DNA of 62,153 bases, counting the filler. It is 4 parts of 4 records of this genome, joined end to end, with 100 filler letters (N's around TTAATTAATTAA, not from the genome) between each part and the next. Parts side by side here need not be neighbours in the genome. Positions count along the whole stretch, not along the records: positions 1 to 13,498 come from DRR378314_2093; positions 13,599 to 36,631 come from DRR378314_2095; 2 more parts are not named here. The stretch is one strand, 5' to 3'. Under the pieces are notes generated by a model that made no database searches, was not told the DNA's origin, and was given only the letters and a program-made list of their open reading frames with translations. Of the stretch, positions 1 through 13,696 are shown in pieces. A program made the position numbers and the translations under genes. Position 1 is the first letter of the stretch. Every line of letters begins with the position of its first letter.

Positions 1-156
1 TAACTAAACGACCGTATCACGCAATTGGCTGCCATTATAGGAAGGCGAGGCAGCAGTCACCAGTGTTGATATGCCGTAATGCCATTCGCGTGTGACTTCA
101 CTAAAAATCATGTAACCTCAAAATTCGCACGATAGGCAGGCGGAGCCGAACCCAGG

Positions 157-1218
157 ATGCGTTTACTCAAGCCCGGTAAAGGGTTGATTGGCGTCGATAT
201 TACATCGGCGACCGTCAAGCTGTTAGAGCTCAAACAGTCTAACGATAACTACCAAGTAGACAGCTACGCTGTTCAACCGCTGCGCGAAGGTGCAGTTGTT
301 GAGCGCCGCATCCGCGACATTAATGAAGTGGCGAGTGTGCTTCGGCGTACTGTCGAGCGTGCAAAGCCCTTTACTCGTAAAGCAGCAGTGGCCGTCCCAG
401 CGAGCGCTGCCATTACTAAAACGCTTACTTTTCCTGCTTCGTTAAGCGAAGAGGAAATCGAAGAGCGAATAACCGCCGAATCTGACCGCTATATTCCCTT
501 TCCGTTCAGTGAGGTGGCGTTTGATTTTCAGTGCCTAGGCCCTGCTCCTTTCGATGAGAGCCAGCAAGAAATTGTTTTAGTAGCGTGTCGTCAGCAAGAC
601 GTGACTCTGCTTACCGAAACGCTGGAGCGTGCGGGGCTGGAGCCTGTCGCTGTCGATGTAGAAACGTTCGCCTTAGAGCGCGCATTGGCCGAGCTACGTA
701 AGCAGTCAAGCGCGGCAAACGACTCAGCTGCTTGTGTGGGGCTATTCGACATCGGGGCCAATATGAGCGCTTTCCATGTCGTGCGGGGTGGGCATATTGT
801 TTATAGCCGTGATACGGCGTTTGGCGGACGCCAGCTGACAGAGGCCATCCGCGACTATTACCACATGAACATCGCTGAGGCCGGAGTTGCTAAAAAGCGT
901 GGCGGTCTTCCAGGCGACTACCAAGAGAAAGTGCTCACTCCTTTTCTAGACACGCTGGTACAGCAGGGGAGACGCTCGCTGCAGCTTTATTACACTGTCG
1001 GTCGTCAGCATGAGGTACAACATACGGTACTCGCGGGTGGCTCAAGTGTCATTCCAGGCCTCGCTGAGCGTATTGCTGATGATAGTGGTATGTCGGTGAG
1101 TATCGCCAACCCATTGCAACGTTTGCGCATTAACAAACGGCTAAGTGAAGAAGCGTTAAGAAACGATGCCCCAGCGATGCTAACGGCGGGTGGGTTGGCG
1201 ATGCGAGTTAGCCAATGA
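157..1218 (+). CDS. pilM: Type IV pilus assembly protein PilM (actin-like)
   Basis: 353 aa; GVDITSATVKLLEL start, DIGA and LAGGSS actin-fold motifs; first gene of pilMNOPQ. Confidence 0.95.
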   Translation: MRLLKPGKGLIGVDITSATVKLLELKQSNDNYQVDSYAVQPLREGAVVERRIRDINEVASVLRRTVERAKPFTRKAAVAVPASAAITKTLTFPASLSEEEIEERITAESDRYIPFPFSEVAFDFQCLGPAPFDESQQEIVLVACRQQDVTLLTETLERAGLEPVAVDVETFALERALAELRKQSSAANDSAACVGLFDIGANMSAFHVVRGGHIVYSRDTAFGGRQLTEAIRDYYHMNIAEAGVAKKRGGLPGDYQEKVLTPFLDTLVQQGRRSLQLYYTVGRQHEVQHTVLAGGSSVIPGLAERIADDSGMSVSIANPLQRLRINKRLSEEALRNDAPAMLTAGGLAMRVSQ

Positions 1219-1784
1219 GCATTAATATTAATCTTTTACCCTGGCGTGAGGGGTGGCGAGAGAGACGGACGCGGCAATTTTACGGTGTTATGTTGTTTAT
1301 GTTGCTGCTGGGCGTGGCGTGTGGCGTTGTGGTATTGCACGTATATCAACAGCAGTTAGCTGCCCAGCAGCAGCGCAATGCCCATATCTCTACTCGTATT
1401 GAGCAGTTAGACAATGAAATCGCTGATGTACAACGCTATCAGGGCGATATCGGGCGGTTGGAAGAGCAACTGGCGCTGTTCCACACGCTTAATAACGAAC
1501 GCATGAGTACAGTGAGGCTGTTTAACGATATTGCTGCTAGCGTCGCCGATGGGGTTGTCTATCAGCGTCTGTCACGTAGCGGACAGCGAATCAGTCTTTC
1601 AGCGGTTGCCAGTAATGAACGTCAGGTCTCTGAGCAACTTCGCCAAATTGCAGCTATACCAGGGTTAGGCGCACCGCTGTTTTCCGAGGTTGCTAGTGGC
1701 CAAGATGACAGTCGGCGTGTTTTCCAGTTTGAAGTAAGGCAACTGTCTCCTGAAGAAGCCGTTTCCATGGAGGCGGCACCATGA
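1215..1784 (+). CDS. pilN: Type IV pilus assembly protein PilN
   Basis: N-terminal INLLPWRE motif, one TM segment, coiled coil; overlaps pilM stop. Confidence 0.95.
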   Translation: MSININLLPWREGWRERRTRQFYGVMLFMLLLGVACGVVVLHVYQQQLAAQQQRNAHISTRIEQLDNEIADVQRYQGDIGRLEEQLALFHTLNNERMSTVRLFNDIAASVADGVVYQRLSRSGQRISLSAVASNERQVSEQLRQIAAIPGLGAPLFSEVASGQDDSRRVFQFEVRQLSPEEAVSMEAAP

Positions 1785-2407
1785 CGCCTATCCGTGAACG
1801 CATAAAAAATGATTGCCTGCGTCTGCGCAGCGTTGAATGGCAATCGTTGGATATCAAAGAAGCAGGTGAATGGCCCTGGCTGCTTAAAGCCGTGATAGCG
1901 GTACTTGCTTTTTTAGTTGCTCTATTAGCTATCAACGGGTGGCTGGTGGGGGAGGCTCGCGATTCGCTTGCAGCAGAGCAGCGTCAAGAGGAGCGTCTGC
2001 TGGTCGAGTATCGACGCAAGGCGTCTGAAGCCGCTTTTCTGCCGGATATTCGCAGTCAGTTGACTGCTCTTGAAAATCAAATGGTGCAGATGCAGGCGAT
2101 GCTGCCTACCAGTGCAGAAATTCCTTCTTTATTAGATAGCATCAGTGATGCCGCTATCGAAAATCGACTAACCATTGAAACTATCCGTTTGCGACCTACG
2201 GTGAGTAACACGCACTATATAGAGCACCCCTTAGATATACAGGTACGCGGTGATTACCATGCATTGGCGCAGTTTGTTTCGGACATTAGCGGTTTGGCGC
2301 GAATTATTACCCAGCACGATTTAACGCTAGCGCCTGTTGAGCAGAATGGCGACACGCTACGCATGTCGCTGCTTGCACGCACTTACAGCGAAAAGGCTGC
2401 ACCATGA
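1781..2407 (+). CDS. pilO: Type IV pilus assembly protein PilO
   Basis: GEWP, LP..AEIPSLL and GDYH..LARI motifs; operon position. Confidence 0.93.
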   Translation: MTPIRERIKNDCLRLRSVEWQSLDIKEAGEWPWLLKAVIAVLAFLVALLAINGWLVGEARDSLAAEQRQEERLLVEYRRKASEAAFLPDIRSQLTALENQMVQMQAMLPTSAEIPSLLDSISDAAIENRLTIETIRLRPTVSNTHYIEHPLDIQVRGDYHALAQFVSDISGLARIITQHDLTLAPVEQNGDTLRMSLLARTYSEKAAP

Positions 2408-2925
2408 AGCGTTTGGTAGGCCTGCTGTGTATTGCTGGCTTAGCTGGCTGCAGTGACCCTCAGCTGGGGCAGTTAGATCAAACCCTTGCAGAAATACGCC
2501 GTACTGCTGATGGGAAAGTGCCCGAGGTAGTGGAGGAATTGCCAACGTATCAGTCGCTCGATTATCGCTTTAGCGATGCGCGCAGTCCCTTCTTAGCACC
2601 GGAGGATATGCGCGAAAACGTATTGCAAGTGGAGCAGGCAGTGAGCGAGTTTGCCCCCGAACAGCAGCGCGCTCAAGAGCCTTTAGAGCGTTTTCAACTC
2701 CAGACGTTGCGCTTAGTGGGTACGCTACGTATGGGGGCGCAGCAAGTTGCATTGATTGAGCCTCCCGAGGGGGAGGTTGTTAGTGTTCGAGAAGGTGATT
2801 ATTTAGGCACCAACCATGGCTTTATTAACCAGATTGAACCACAAGGAATCACTATTGTTGAACGTGTTTTTAGCCCTCAGCAAGGGTGGCAACAACGCCA
2901 GGTAACGCTCACCCTTGAGGAATAG
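2404..2925 (+). CDS. pilP: Type IV pilus lipoprotein PilP
   Basis: Lipobox LAGC, RSPF, EPLERF, G.YLG.NHG motifs. Confidence 0.93.
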   Translation: MKRLVGLLCIAGLAGCSDPQLGQLDQTLAEIRRTADGKVPEVVEELPTYQSLDYRFSDARSPFLAPEDMRENVLQVEQAVSEFAPEQQRAQEPLERFQLQTLRLVGTLRMGAQQVALIEPPEGEVVSVREGDYLGTNHGFINQIEPQGITIVERVFSPQQGWQQRQVTLTLEE

Positions 2926-2959
2926 CTTCTTCACTCGCTATCAGATATGGATATCGCTT

Positions 2960-5005
2960 ATGGCTGCTATATGTTATCGAACGTTGCTGTTATTAATTGC
3001 GGTAGTGCCATCGGTCTGCATGGCATCAGTGCTTACTAATGTCGATGTGCGGCAAACTCATAGCGGTGACATAGAGCTAGTGCTGCAGTTCAGTGGCGGC
3101 GTTGCCCAGCTAAGTGGCTATCGATTAGATGCACCTCCTCGTCTAGCGCTGGATTTGGCAGATACGCAAAGTGCGCTTGCCCAACGCCGTATCGGCGTCA
3201 GTAGTGGTGTTGTTGAACAAGTGACGGTGTTAGAGGGTAGTGGACGGACGCGCCTCGTGGTTGATTCGAATGAATCCCTTGATTATACCGCTCGAGTAGT
3301 CGGTGAACAGTTAAGAGTCACACTCGCATCAGGTAGTTCTGTGTCTATGCCGGCACCCCAAGCGACTAACGTTCCCCAGCCTTCCCCGTCCATCCAGGGG
3401 TTGCGTGTTGAAAATATTGATTTCCGGCGTGGAGGTGATGGTGCAGGGCGTGTCGTGGTGACATTTGATCGTGCTGGCGTGGTCGCTAACGTGCGTGAAG
3501 GTAGTGAGGGCAGCATTGTAGCGGAGCTGCGTAATGTGGCGCTGCCTGATGCGCTTAACCAGGTTTACGATGTCACTGATTTTGCGACGCCGGTTACCCG
3601 TATTACCCCTCATCTTGGACAGCGTGATGTGCGGCTGGAGCTACAAACGAACGGCCCCATCGCGATGGCTTCATCGCAAAGCGGGCGTACGTTGACGATT
3701 GAAGTGCAGCCGGTGAGTCAAGCTACACAACAGCAGCGAGAGCAGCAGGGAATATCTTTTACCGGAGAGCGGTTAAGCCTGAACTTTCAAGATATTGAAG
3801 TGCGTGCAGTGCTGGCTACTCTGGCAGAGTTTACTGGCCTAAACCTAGTGGCCAGTGATAGCGTTGCTGGACGCATTACGCTTAACTTGAACGATGTTCC
3901 CTGGGATCAAGCGCTAGCGCTGATCTTACAAAGCCAAGGGCTGGCAAGTCGGGAGCAGGGTAATGTGATCGTAGTGGCGCCTGCCAGCGAGCTAGCGGCT
4001 CTTGAGCGGCAAGAGATAGAAACACGCAACCAACGCCAAACGCTTGCGCCGTTAGTCACTGAGTTTATTGAAATAAAATATGCCCGCGCCGAAGACCTTG
4101 CTCAGCTGTTACGTGGTGGCGACGGCTTTGGGCTGTTAACTGACCGAGGGCGAGTCAGTATTGATCAGCGTACTAATATGTTACTGGTGCAAGATACTGC
4201 AGAGCAGGTGCGCACTATTATCGGCACTTTAGATCGCTTGGATGTCGCCGTCCGTCAGGTGCAAATTGAGGCAAGAATTGTCATTGCCCGAGATACCGCG
4301 TCTCGGGAGCTAGGGATTAACTGGGGCGTGTCGAGTACTCGCGGCTTTTTAGAAAACGATGATGGTACGTTTTCTCGGCGTAACCTTAACCCTAGCAACA
4401 TTAACCGTGCCCAGGGTGGCCTTGCGGTAGATCTAGGTTCAGCGGCGGCTGCCAACACGGGGGTTAGTTTTGGTTATCTATCAGGGGACGTACTGCTAGA
4501 TCTTGAGCTGCGAGCGCTGGAAAGTGAGGGCAAAAGCCAGACGATTTCTCAGCCCCGAGTGATCACAGCTAACCAACGAACAGCTATTATTCGTCAAGGC
4601 GAAGAGCGTGCTTTTCAGAGTGTAGATACAGAAGGGAATCCAGATACAGAGTTCAAGGAGGCCGAGCTTTCCTTGGAGGTAACGCCACAAATTACTCCGG
4701 ATAACCGCATCATTATGAATTTGGTGATTAAAAACGATAGCTTCCGGGAAAGTGAGTTTGGTGGTGAGCCGCCGATTGATACTAACCAGATAGAGACCCA
4801 AGTGCTGGTCGATAATGGGCAAACGGTAGTGTTAGGCGGTATTTTGACAACAGAGCAGTTGAGCCAAATAGCGAAAACACCGCTGCTAGGAGATATTCCT
4901 TGGCTTGGGCGGCTATTCCGCTATACCGAAGAGAGCAATGAAAAGGTAGAGTTATTGGTCTTTATTACTCCACGACTACTTGATGATGGTTTGGCGGTTC
5001 GCTGA
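2960..5005 (+). CDS. pilQ: Type IV pilus secretin PilQ
   Basis: AMIN-like N-terminal domains, [12 protein letters not shown]-terminal secretin domain ([19 protein letters not shown]). ORF track starts at TTG 2915; ATG 2960 gives a signal peptide and is preferred. Confidence 0.95.
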   Translation: MAAICYRTLLLLIAVVPSVCMASVLTNVDVRQTHSGDIELVLQFSGGVAQLSGYRLDAPPRLALDLADTQSALAQRRIGVSSGVVEQVTVLEGSGRTRLVVDSNESLDYTARVVGEQLRVTLASGSSVSMPAPQATNVPQPSPSIQGLRVENIDFRRGGDGAGRVVVTFDRAGVVANVREGSEGSIVAELRNVALPDALNQVYDVTDFATPVTRITPHLGQRDVRLELQTNGPIAMASSQSGRTLTIEVQPVSQATQQQREQQGISFTGERLSLNFQDIEVRAVLATLAEFTGLNLVASDSVAGRITLNLNDVPWDQALALILQSQGLASREQGNVIVVAPASELAALERQEIETRNQRQTLAPLVTEFIEIKYARAEDLAQLLRGGDGFGLLTDRGRVSIDQRTNMLLVQDTAEQVRTIIGTLDRLDVAVRQVQIEARIVIARDTASRELGINWGVSSTRGFLENDDGTFSRRNLNPSNINRAQGGLAVDLGSAAAANTGVSFGYLSGDVLLDLELRALESEGKSQTISQPRVITANQRTAIIRQGEERAFQSVDTEGNPDTEFKEAELSLEVTPQITPDNRIIMNLVIKNDSFRESEFGGEPPIDTNQIETQVLVDNGQTVVLGGILTTEQLSQIAKTPLLGDIPWLGRLFRYTEESNEKVELLVFITPRLLDDGLAVR

Positions 5006-5571
5006 TGCAAGAGTTACCCAATATTTTTTTAATTGGCCCCATGGGGGCTGGCAAGAGCACGATAGGCCGCTTACTCGCGGCTGAGTTGTCGCGCTCGTTC
5101 TTTGACAGCGATCACGCCATACAAGACCGCTGTGGTGCGGATATCCCCTGGATTTTTGACGTTGAAGGTGAGCCCGGCTTTCGTCAGCGCGAAAGTCAGA
5201 TGATTGACGAACTCACTCAGTTGTCTGGTGTGGTAGTGGCTACCGGCGGTGGCGCAGTGCTGCGCGAAGAGAATCGACGTGCTCTGCGTGAGCGAGGCGC
5301 CGTGGTTTATTTGCTGACCACCGTTGACCAGCAACTGAAGCGCACTGCTAAAGATCGAAATCGACCGCTATTACAGTGTGATAATCGCGAACAGGTGCTG
5401 AACGACATGTTCGCCACACGAGATCCGCTGTATCGAGCGACATCGGATATTACGGTGCGCACGGATCGGCGCAGCCCACGTGCGGTGGTCAACGAAATTC
5501 TGCGTCGTGTCCATCGCATGGTGGACCCTTTAGAAATTGCGCGGGCTCAAAGTAAAAAGGTATCACAATGA
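5005..5571 (+). CDS. aroK: Shikimate kinase
   Basis: [10 protein letters not shown]-loop, ATGGG, RPLL; TGATG overlap with pilQ. Confidence 0.97.
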   Translation: MQELPNIFLIGPMGAGKSTIGRLLAAELSRSFFDSDHAIQDRCGADIPWIFDVEGEPGFRQRESQMIDELTQLSGVVVATGGGAVLREENRRALRERGAVVYLLTTVDQQLKRTAKDRNRPLLQCDNREQVLNDMFATRDPLYRATSDITVRTDRRSPRAVVNEILRRVHRMVDPLEIARAQSKKVSQ

Positions 5572-6674
5572 CTGAAATGACAAGTGCCCAGCGTACGCTA
5601 ACCGTCGCATTGGGTGAGCGTAGCTACCCGATCCATATTGGTGTGGGGCTGCTAAAGCGCGCCAATGTGCTGGAGCCGTATCTCGCGGGTCAGCAGGTGA
5701 TGGTCGTCACCAATGAAACTATCGCACCGCTTTATTTAGAAACGCTTTGCGCCGGTCTGCCTGGTCATTTAGATATTCGCACAGTAGTGCTGCCTGACGG
5801 GGAGCAGTATAAAACCATCGAGCAGGTAAGCCGGATCTGGGATGCGCTGTTAGAGGCCGGCTTCAATCGTCGCTGTACGCTGATTGCCTTAGGGGGCGGT
5901 GTGATTGGCGATATGGTCGGCTATGCAGCGGCAGCTTATCAACGTGGCGTTGCCTTTATTCAGGTGCCTACTACGTTATTATCCCAGGTAGACTCTTCGG
6001 TGGGTGGGAAGACCGGTGTTAATCACCCGCTGGGTAAAAACATGATAGGTGCGTTTTGGCAACCAAAAGCCGTCATCGTGGATATCGACACTTTGACCAC
6101 ACTGCCTAGCCGGGAGCTTTCCGCAGGCCTGGCAGAAGTGATCAAGTACGGGTTAATCCGTGATGAGCGCTTCCTAAGCTGGTTAGAAGAGCATATGCAG
6201 GCGCTACGTAGTGTTGAGCCAGCAGTGATTGCTGAAGCGATTGCTCAAAGTTGTCAGATTAAAGCCGACATTGTGGCGGATGACGAAACTGAGCAGGGCG
6301 TTCGCGCGTTGCTGAACCTGGGGCACACGTTCGGCCATGCTATTGAAGCCCATCAAGGCTATGGCAACTGGTTGCACGGTGAGGCCGTGGGTGCAGGCAT
6401 GGCGATGGCGGCAACGCTCTCGCATCAGCTTGGCTGGATAGATAGCAATGCACTCGCGCGTGCTAAGGCAGTTGTTGAAAGCGCCGGATTGCCGCTAGCG
6501 GCGCCTGCCGGAATGTCAGCTGACGACTTTTTAGCTCGCATGAAGCTAGATAAAAAGAATATTGATACTCGTCTACGTTTGGTGCTGCTCAATGCACTGG
6601 GTGACGCCTGCGTAAGTGACGCCACGCCGCCTGATATGCTGCGTGAGCTGCTTCATCACTATCCGCGCGACTAA
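5568..6674 (+). CDS. aroB: 3-dehydroquinate synthase
   Basis: [40 protein letters not shown]. Confidence 0.97.
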   Translation: MTEMTSAQRTLTVALGERSYPIHIGVGLLKRANVLEPYLAGQQVMVVTNETIAPLYLETLCAGLPGHLDIRTVVLPDGEQYKTIEQVSRIWDALLEAGFNRRCTLIALGGGVIGDMVGYAAAAYQRGVAFIQVPTTLLSQVDSSVGGKTGVNHPLGKNMIGAFWQPKAVIVDIDTLTTLPSRELSAGLAEVIKYGLIRDERFLSWLEEHMQALRSVEPAVIAEAIAQSCQIKADIVADDETEQGVRALLNLGHTFGHAIEAHQGYGNWLHGEAVGAGMAMAATLSHQLGWIDSNALARAKAVVESAGLPLAAPAGMSADDFLARMKLDKKNIDTRLRLVLLNALGDACVSDATPPDMLRELLHHYPRD

Positions 6675-6779
6675 ATGCCGAGGCGTATTAGCGTATAGAT
6701 AAACAATCGACAGCCCTTATGGATAAACAGTACTGATAGACCATATTGCTAAACAGATTTAACAAACAAATCTGCACGG

Positions 6780-6805
6780 AAAACCCACCATCGCGTGGGT
6801 TTTTT
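6780..6805 (+). terminator. Rho-independent terminator downstream of aroB
   Basis: AAAACCCAC-catcgc-GTGGGTTTT hairpin running into a T tract. Confidence 0.75.
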
Positions 6806-7201
6806 GTTGTCTGGCCGTTAAGTGATGATTGTTCTGTATGTAATCCGCATGCCTTATGCGCTATCGGCATGGGTTTTTTGAGCTGATTGATACTAAAGTC
6901 TAATTACGTGTTTTGATCGTTTAAATATCGTTTAGTTGCTTTGCAAGTGGTTGAAGTTAATATGTTTTTTTATTAAGCGCGAATGCAAATGTAAGATTTG
7001 ACAAGGTTTTTTAAGGATTGGCAGGTTCTGGGTGATTGCGCTACACGCAGGCAAATCGCTATGCTGAGCGACCTTTTCTTGAAGCGGTGGAAGCGGGAAA
7101 TGCCCTGTTTTTAATGGGTAGCAAGAAGTCAAAAATAAGAAAAACCCGTTACGATAACATGAAAACACTGCTAAATAAATACGCTGACTAGAGGCACGCC
7201 C

Positions 7202-10200
7202 ATGAATAGAGGTCTTCACCAGCCTGGCGAGTTTCGCGATAACTGTGGCTTTGGCCTTATTGCCCATATGGAAGGGCAGGCCAGCCACGACTTGCTGAAA
7301 ACTGCTATTGAATCACTTACCTGCATGACCCATCGCGGCGGTATTGCGGCAGACGGCAAAACCGGTGACGGTTGCGGCTTGCTGCTGAAAATGCCGGTGC
7401 AATTCATGCGCGCTGCCGCGAAGCAAGCGCTTGATACGGAGCTTGGCGAGCGCTTTGCTGTAGGCGTTATCTTTTTGCCAGATGACGATGCGCGTGCCGC
7501 TCATGCTAAAGAAACCCTTGAGCGTGAACTAAGCAGCCGTGGTTTAGAGGTATTGGGCTGGCGCGAAGTGCCCACTGACTCTAGCGTATGTGGTCCGATG
7601 GCACTGGACTGTCTGCCGCGAATTGAGCAGCTGTTTGTTCAGCCAGCTAGTCGTGGAGATTTAGGCAGTGATCGCTTCGATGTCGATCTGTTTATGGCGC
7701 GCCGTTATGCAGAGCAAGCGCTACGTAGCGATGAAGACTTTTATGTTGCTTCACTCTCATCAGAAGTTGTTTCCTATAAAGGCTTAGTCATGCCGGAAGA
7801 TTTGCCGGCATTCTACAAAGACCTGAATGATCCAAGCCTGGAAACCGCCATTTGCGTGTTCCACCAGCGTTTCTCTACTAACACTGCACCGCGCTGGCCG
7901 CTGGCCCAGCCATTCCGCCTGCTGGCTCATAATGGCGAGATCAATACGATTGAAGCCAACCGTGGCTGGGCGAACTCCCGTAAAGCCAATTTTGTTAACG
8001 AGCGCTTGCCCGATATTGCTGAGCTTGAGGAAATTGTTAATACCACTGGGTCAGACTCCTCAAGCATGGATAACATGCTGGAAGTACTGCTAACTGGCGG
8101 TATGGAGCTGCATCGTGCAGTGCGCATGATGGTGCCGCCTGCTTGGCAAAACGTTGAGACCATGGACGCCGAGTTACGTGCGTTCTATGAATACAACTCC
8201 ATGCACATGGAGCCTTGGGATGGCCCGGCCGGTGTAGTAATGACCGACGGTCGCCAAGCTGTTTGTATGCTGGATCGCAACGGCCTTCGTCCCGCACGCT
8301 GGGTGATTACCAAGAATGGCTACATTACGCTAGCGTCTGAGATTGGCACTTATGATTATCGCCCTGAGGACGTCGTCGCTAAGGGGCGCGTTGGCCCAGG
8401 CCAGATGCTGGCGGTAGACACTCAGACCGGCGAAGTTCTGCACACCCAGGATATCGATAACCGCCTGAAGTCAGCTTACCCTTACAAGCGCTGGCTCAAG
8501 CAGGAAGCCAATTACCTAGAGTCAGCGCTGACTGAGCTTGCGCGTTTCCAGACAATGGACACTGACGCGCTAAATGTTCAGCAGAAAATGTTCCAGGTGA
8601 GCTTTGAAGAGCGTGATCAGGTGCTGCGTCCGCTGGCAGAAAGTGGCCAGGAAGCGGTTGGCTCGATGGGTGATGATACCCCCATGGCGGTGCTGTCTAG
8701 TCGCCCACGTCTATTAACTGATTTCTTCCGTCAAAAATTTGCCCAGGTGACCAATCCGCCGATCGACCCTCTGCGTGAAGCGATTGTTATGTCACTGGAG
8801 ACCTGCTGTGGTGCGGAGCTGAACGTCTTTAAGGCAACGCCTGAGCATGCCCACCGTTTGATTTTGACAACGCCGGTGCTGTCACCGCGTAAATTTACCG
8901 CGCTGGTCAGCCAAGATGATCCTGCCTTTGCTAGCCACACGCTGTCACTCGGGTACGATCCGGAGCACACCAGTCTGCAGCGGGCAGTCACCTTGCTTTG
9001 CCAAGAAGCTGAAGCGCAGGTAAGAGCGGGCAAGGTGATTCTGGTGTTGACCGATGCTGACCTTCCCAAAGGACAGTTGCCCATCCAGGCGGCTTTAGCG
9101 GTGGGAGCCGTTCACTCTCATCTTGGTCGTTTGGCGCTGCGGCCGAACGCCAATATTGTGGTGGAAACCGGCTTTGCAAGGGATGCCCACCAAATGGCCG
9201 TGTTGTTTGGCGTGGGCGCAACGGCTGTGTACCCATGGCTCGCTTATCAGGTCATGGCCGATATGCATCGCACCGGTGAGCTAACAGGCAACCCTGCCGA
9301 TGCTCGTGAGAATTACCGCAAAGGCCTGCAGAAAGGGTTGTTCAAAATTCTTTCGAAGATGGGTATCTCAACGTTAGCTTCCTACCGTGGCTCTATGCTG
9401 TTCGAAGCGGTGGGGCTGTCCGATGAGATCATGGATACCTGTTTTGTCGGCATGGCATCCCGTATTCAGGGCGCTGGCTTTGCTGAGCTGCAAATGCAGC
9501 AAGAGCTGCTGGCGAAGGATGCCTGGATTGCCCGCAAAGGCATTTCTCAAGGCGGTATGCTGAAGTATGTTCATGGCTACGAATATCACGCCTACAACCC
9601 CGATGTCGTGAAGTCGCTTCAGGCGGCGGTGCAAGAAGGCAGCTACGCAAAGTGGAAAAAATTTGCTCAGTTGGTCAACGAGCGTCCGGTTGCCACGATT
9701 CGTGACTTGCTTAAGCTAAAGCCTGCTGCAACGCCCATTCCATTAGAGGATGTTGAGCCGATTGAGGCGCTGATTCCGCGCTTTGATAGCGCCGGTATGT
9801 CGCTAGGTGCGCTTTCTCCAGAAGCCCATGAGGCGTTGGCCCAAGCGATGAACGAGGCGGGCGGGCGCTCCAACTCAGGCGAGGGTGGTGAAGACCCTGC
9901 CCGCTACGGCACTATCCGTAGTTCGAAAATCAAGCAGATTGCTTCTGGCCGCTTCGGCGTTACCCCGGCCTATTTGGTCAATGCGGAAGTACTGCAGATC
10001 AAAGTTGCCCAGGGGGCTAAACCCGGTGAAGGTGGTCAGCTGCCAGGCGGTAAAGTGAACCAGTTGATTGCCCGGCTGCGCTACGCGGTGCCAGGTGTGA
10101 CGCTGATTTCACCGCCGCCACACCACGATATCTACTCGATTGAAGACTTGGCGCAGCTGATTTTCGACCTCAAGCAAGTCAATCCAGATGCCCAGGTTTC

Positions 10201-11659
10201 CGTAAAGTTGGTCTCTGAGCCAGGCATTGGCACCATTGCCACCGGTGTAGCGAAGGCCTACGCGGATCTGATCACTGTTTCTGGTTACGACGGTGGTACC
10301 GCGGCAAGCCCGTTGACCTCTATCAAACACGCGGGTTCTCCTTGGGAGCTTGGGTTGCCTGAAGTGCATCAAGCACTGCGCATTAACGGCCTGCGTGACA
10401 AGATTCGCCTGCAGACCGATGGTGGTCTCAAAACGGGTCTTGATGTCGTTAAGGCGGCGATTCTGGGGGCTGAAAGCTTTGGCTTTGGTACGGCGCCGAT
10501 GGTGGCGCTGGGCTGTAAGTACCTGCGTATTTGTCACTTGAATAACTGCGCCACCGGCGTAGCGACACAAGATGACTTCCTGCGTGGCGAGCACTTCCGC
10601 GGCACTGTCGACATGGTCAAAAACTACTTCCGCTTTATTGCTGAAGAAGTGCGTGAACTGATGGCGATGCTAGGGGTGTGCCAGTTGACGGACCTGATTG
10701 GCCGCACCGATCTGCTTGAAGTGTTGGAAGGCAATACGGCCGCTCAGCGTAAATTGGATCTAACCCCGCTGCTTTCGAATGATTTTGTGCCTGCAGATGC
10801 ACCGCAGTTCTGTAAGGTGAGTCGTAATGTGCCCCACGATCCAGGCGCTAAGAACCAGGAAGTGCTGGCAGCACTAAAAGAGGCCATTGAAAGTCAGTCT
10901 GGCGGAGAGTTTGATTTCACCATCACTAACTGTGACCGCAGCGTAGGTGCATTGAGTTCTGGCGCGATTGCCAAGCGCTACGGTGAAGATGGCTTGGAAT
11001 CAGCCCCGGTCACTGCGCGCTTTACCGGGGTGGCTGGTCAAAGCTTCGGGGTGTGGAACGCCCGTGGCTTAAACCTCTATCTCGAAGGCGATGCCAACGA
11101 CTACGTGGGCAAAGGCATGAACGGTGGCAGCATTGTGATTGTGCCGCCCAAGGTTAGCCAGTTTGAAAGCCACAAAACCGCCATTATCGGTAACACCTGC
11201 CTGTATGGTGCGACAGGCGGCACGCTGTTTGCCGCAGGTACCGCGGGTGAGCGCTTTGCCGTGCGTAACTCTGGGGCGACTGCTGTGATTGAAGGCGCAG
11301 GTGACCACTGTTGTGAATACATGACCGGGGGGTTGGTCTGCGTATTGGGTGAAACGGGCGTTAACTTTGGCGCGGGCATGACCGGTGGTTTTGCTTACGT
11401 CTTGGATGAAGACCGTACCTTTGTGGACAAGTACAACCACGAGCTGGTCGAGATTCACCGGGTCAATACCGAAGCGATGGAAGCGTATCGTCGTCATTTG
11501 CGTGAAATGATTGAAGCCTACGTTGCAGCGACAGGCTCTGCTCGAGGCGCGGCGATTCTGGAAGACTTCGGCGACTACGCGCGCCACTTCTGGCTAGTGA
11601 AGCCAAAAGCGGCAAGCTTGGGTAGTTTGCTGAATCAATCTCGGCGTCAGCCCGAATAA
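7202..11659 (+). CDS. gltB: Glutamate synthase large subunit
   Basis: 1485 aa; N-terminal CGFG amidotransferase, [22 protein letters not shown]...C 3Fe-4S motif, GXGXG domain. Confidence 0.98.
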   Translation: MNRGLHQPGEFRDNCGFGLIAHMEGQASHDLLKTAIESLTCMTHRGGIAADGKTGDGCGLLLKMPVQFMRAAAKQALDTELGERFAVGVIFLPDDDARAAHAKETLERELSSRGLEVLGWREVPTDSSVCGPMALDCLPRIEQLFVQPASRGDLGSDRFDVDLFMARRYAEQALRSDEDFYVASLSSEVVSYKGLVMPEDLPAFYKDLNDPSLETAICVFHQRFSTNTAPRWPLAQPFRLLAHNGEINTIEANRGWANSRKANFVNERLPDIAELEEIVNTTGSDSSSMDNMLEVLLTGGMELHRAVRMMVPPAWQNVETMDAELRAFYEYNSMHMEPWDGPAGVVMTDGRQAVCMLDRNGLRPARWVITKNGYITLASEIGTYDYRPEDVVAKGRVGPGQMLAVDTQTGEVLHTQDIDNRLKSAYPYKRWLKQEANYLESALTELARFQTMDTDALNVQQKMFQVSFEERDQVLRPLAESGQEAVGSMGDDTPMAVLSSRPRLLTDFFRQKFAQVTNPPIDPLREAIVMSLETCCGAELNVFKATPEHAHRLILTTPVLSPRKFTALVSQDDPAFASHTLSLGYDPEHTSLQRAVTLLCQEAEAQVRAGKVILVLTDADLPKGQLPIQAALAVGAVHSHLGRLALRPNANIVVETGFARDAHQMAVLFGVGATAVYPWLAYQVMADMHRTGELTGNPADARENYRKGLQKGLFKILSKMGISTLASYRGSMLFEAVGLSDEIMDTCFVGMASRIQGAGFAELQMQQELLAKDAWIARKGISQGGMLKYVHGYEYHAYNPDVVKSLQAAVQEGSYAKWKKFAQLVNERPVATIRDLLKLKPAATPIPLEDVEPIEALIPRFDSAGMSLGALSPEAHEALAQAMNEAGGRSNSGEGGEDPARYGTIRSSKIKQIASGRFGVTPAYLVNAEVLQIKVAQGAKPGEGGQLPGGKVNQLIARLRYAVPGVTLISPPPHHDIYSIEDLAQLIFDLKQVNPDAQVSVKLVSEPGIGTIATGVAKAYADLITVSGYDGGTAASPLTSIKHAGSPWELGLPEVHQALRINGLRDKIRLQTDGGLKTGLDVVKAAILGAESFGFGTAPMVALGCKYLRICHLNNCATGVATQDDFLRGEHFRGTVDMVKNYFRFIAEEVRELMAMLGVCQLTDLIGRTDLLEVLEGNTAAQRKLDLTPLLSNDFVPADAPQFCKVSRNVPHDPGAKNQEVLAALKEAIESQSGGEFDFTITNCDRSVGALSSGAIAKRYGEDGLESAPVTARFTGVAGQSFGVWNARGLNLYLEGDANDYVGKGMNGGSIVIVPPKVSQFESHKTAIIGNTCLYGATGGTLFAAGTAGERFAVRNSGATAVIEGAGDHCCEYMTGGLVCVLGETGVNFGAGMTGGFAYVLDEDRTFVDKYNHELVEIHRVNTEAMEAYRRHLREMIEAYVAATGSARGAAILEDFGDYARHFWLVKPKAASLGSLLNQSRRQPE

Positions 11660-13111
<1,452 letters not shown>

Positions 13112-13121
13112 TTTTGATAGT

Positions 13122-13141
13122 GAGGGGCGTCTTCGCCCCTC
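13122..13141. terminator. Hairpin after gltD (possible terminator or stabiliser)
   Basis: GAGGGGCG-tctt-CGCCCCTC; lacks a clear U tract. Confidence 0.45.
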
Positions 13142-13249
13142 TGCCACCTGCAGTTCAAATTGAGCCTTTAGGCGTACTCTGCTATTCTGTCATCCCATCC
13201 TGGTGTGGCTTTCTGTTACGCCTTTTGATCACGTTTCGACAGGTTTTCC

Positions 13250-13498
13250 ATGACACGATATATCTTCGTGACCGGCGGCGTTGTGTCCTCTCTTGGCAAG
13301 GGCATCGCGTCGGCCTCGCTGGCGGCGATTCTAGAGGCCCGCGGCCTTAAGGTCACCATGCTCAAGCTCGACCCCTACATCAACGTGGACCCGGGCACCA
13401 TGAGTCCTTTCCAGCACGGCGAGGTGTTCGTCACCGAAGATGGCGCCGAGACGGACTTGGACTTAGGGCACTATGAGCGTTTTATTCGCACCAAAATG
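13250..13498 (+). CDS. pyrG: CTP synthase, 5' part (truncated by contig end)
   Basis: [38 protein letters not shown]. Confidence 0.97.
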
Positions 13499-13598
13499 NN
13501 NNNNNNNNNNNNNNNNNNNNNNNNNNNNNNNNNNNNNNNNNNTTAATTAATTAANNNNNNNNNNNNNNNNNNNNNNNNNNNNNNNNNNNNNNNNNNNN
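13499..13598. other. Artificial contig linker
   Basis: 44 N + TTAATTAATTAA (stops in all six frames) + 44 N. Confidence 0.99.
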
Positions 13599-13696
13599 GG
13601 TGGGGAATTGCACCCCGCCCTGAGAATTTTTAATTACAACATTTCAGTCGGCTGATATAACCAACTGAGCACTGCTATTAGTCAGCAGCGCAAGAG

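Noticed and set aside
157-6674. Pilus genes co-transcribed with aroK-aroB
   Set aside because: Well-known conserved arrangement in Gammaproteobacteria; not novel
6932-7288. 118-aa minus-strand ORF upstream of gltB
   Set aside because: Overlaps the gltB start and its AT-rich promoter region; no family features
13543-13554. TTAATTAATTAA repeated three times in the window
   Set aside because: Assembly linker embedded in N runs; not biological
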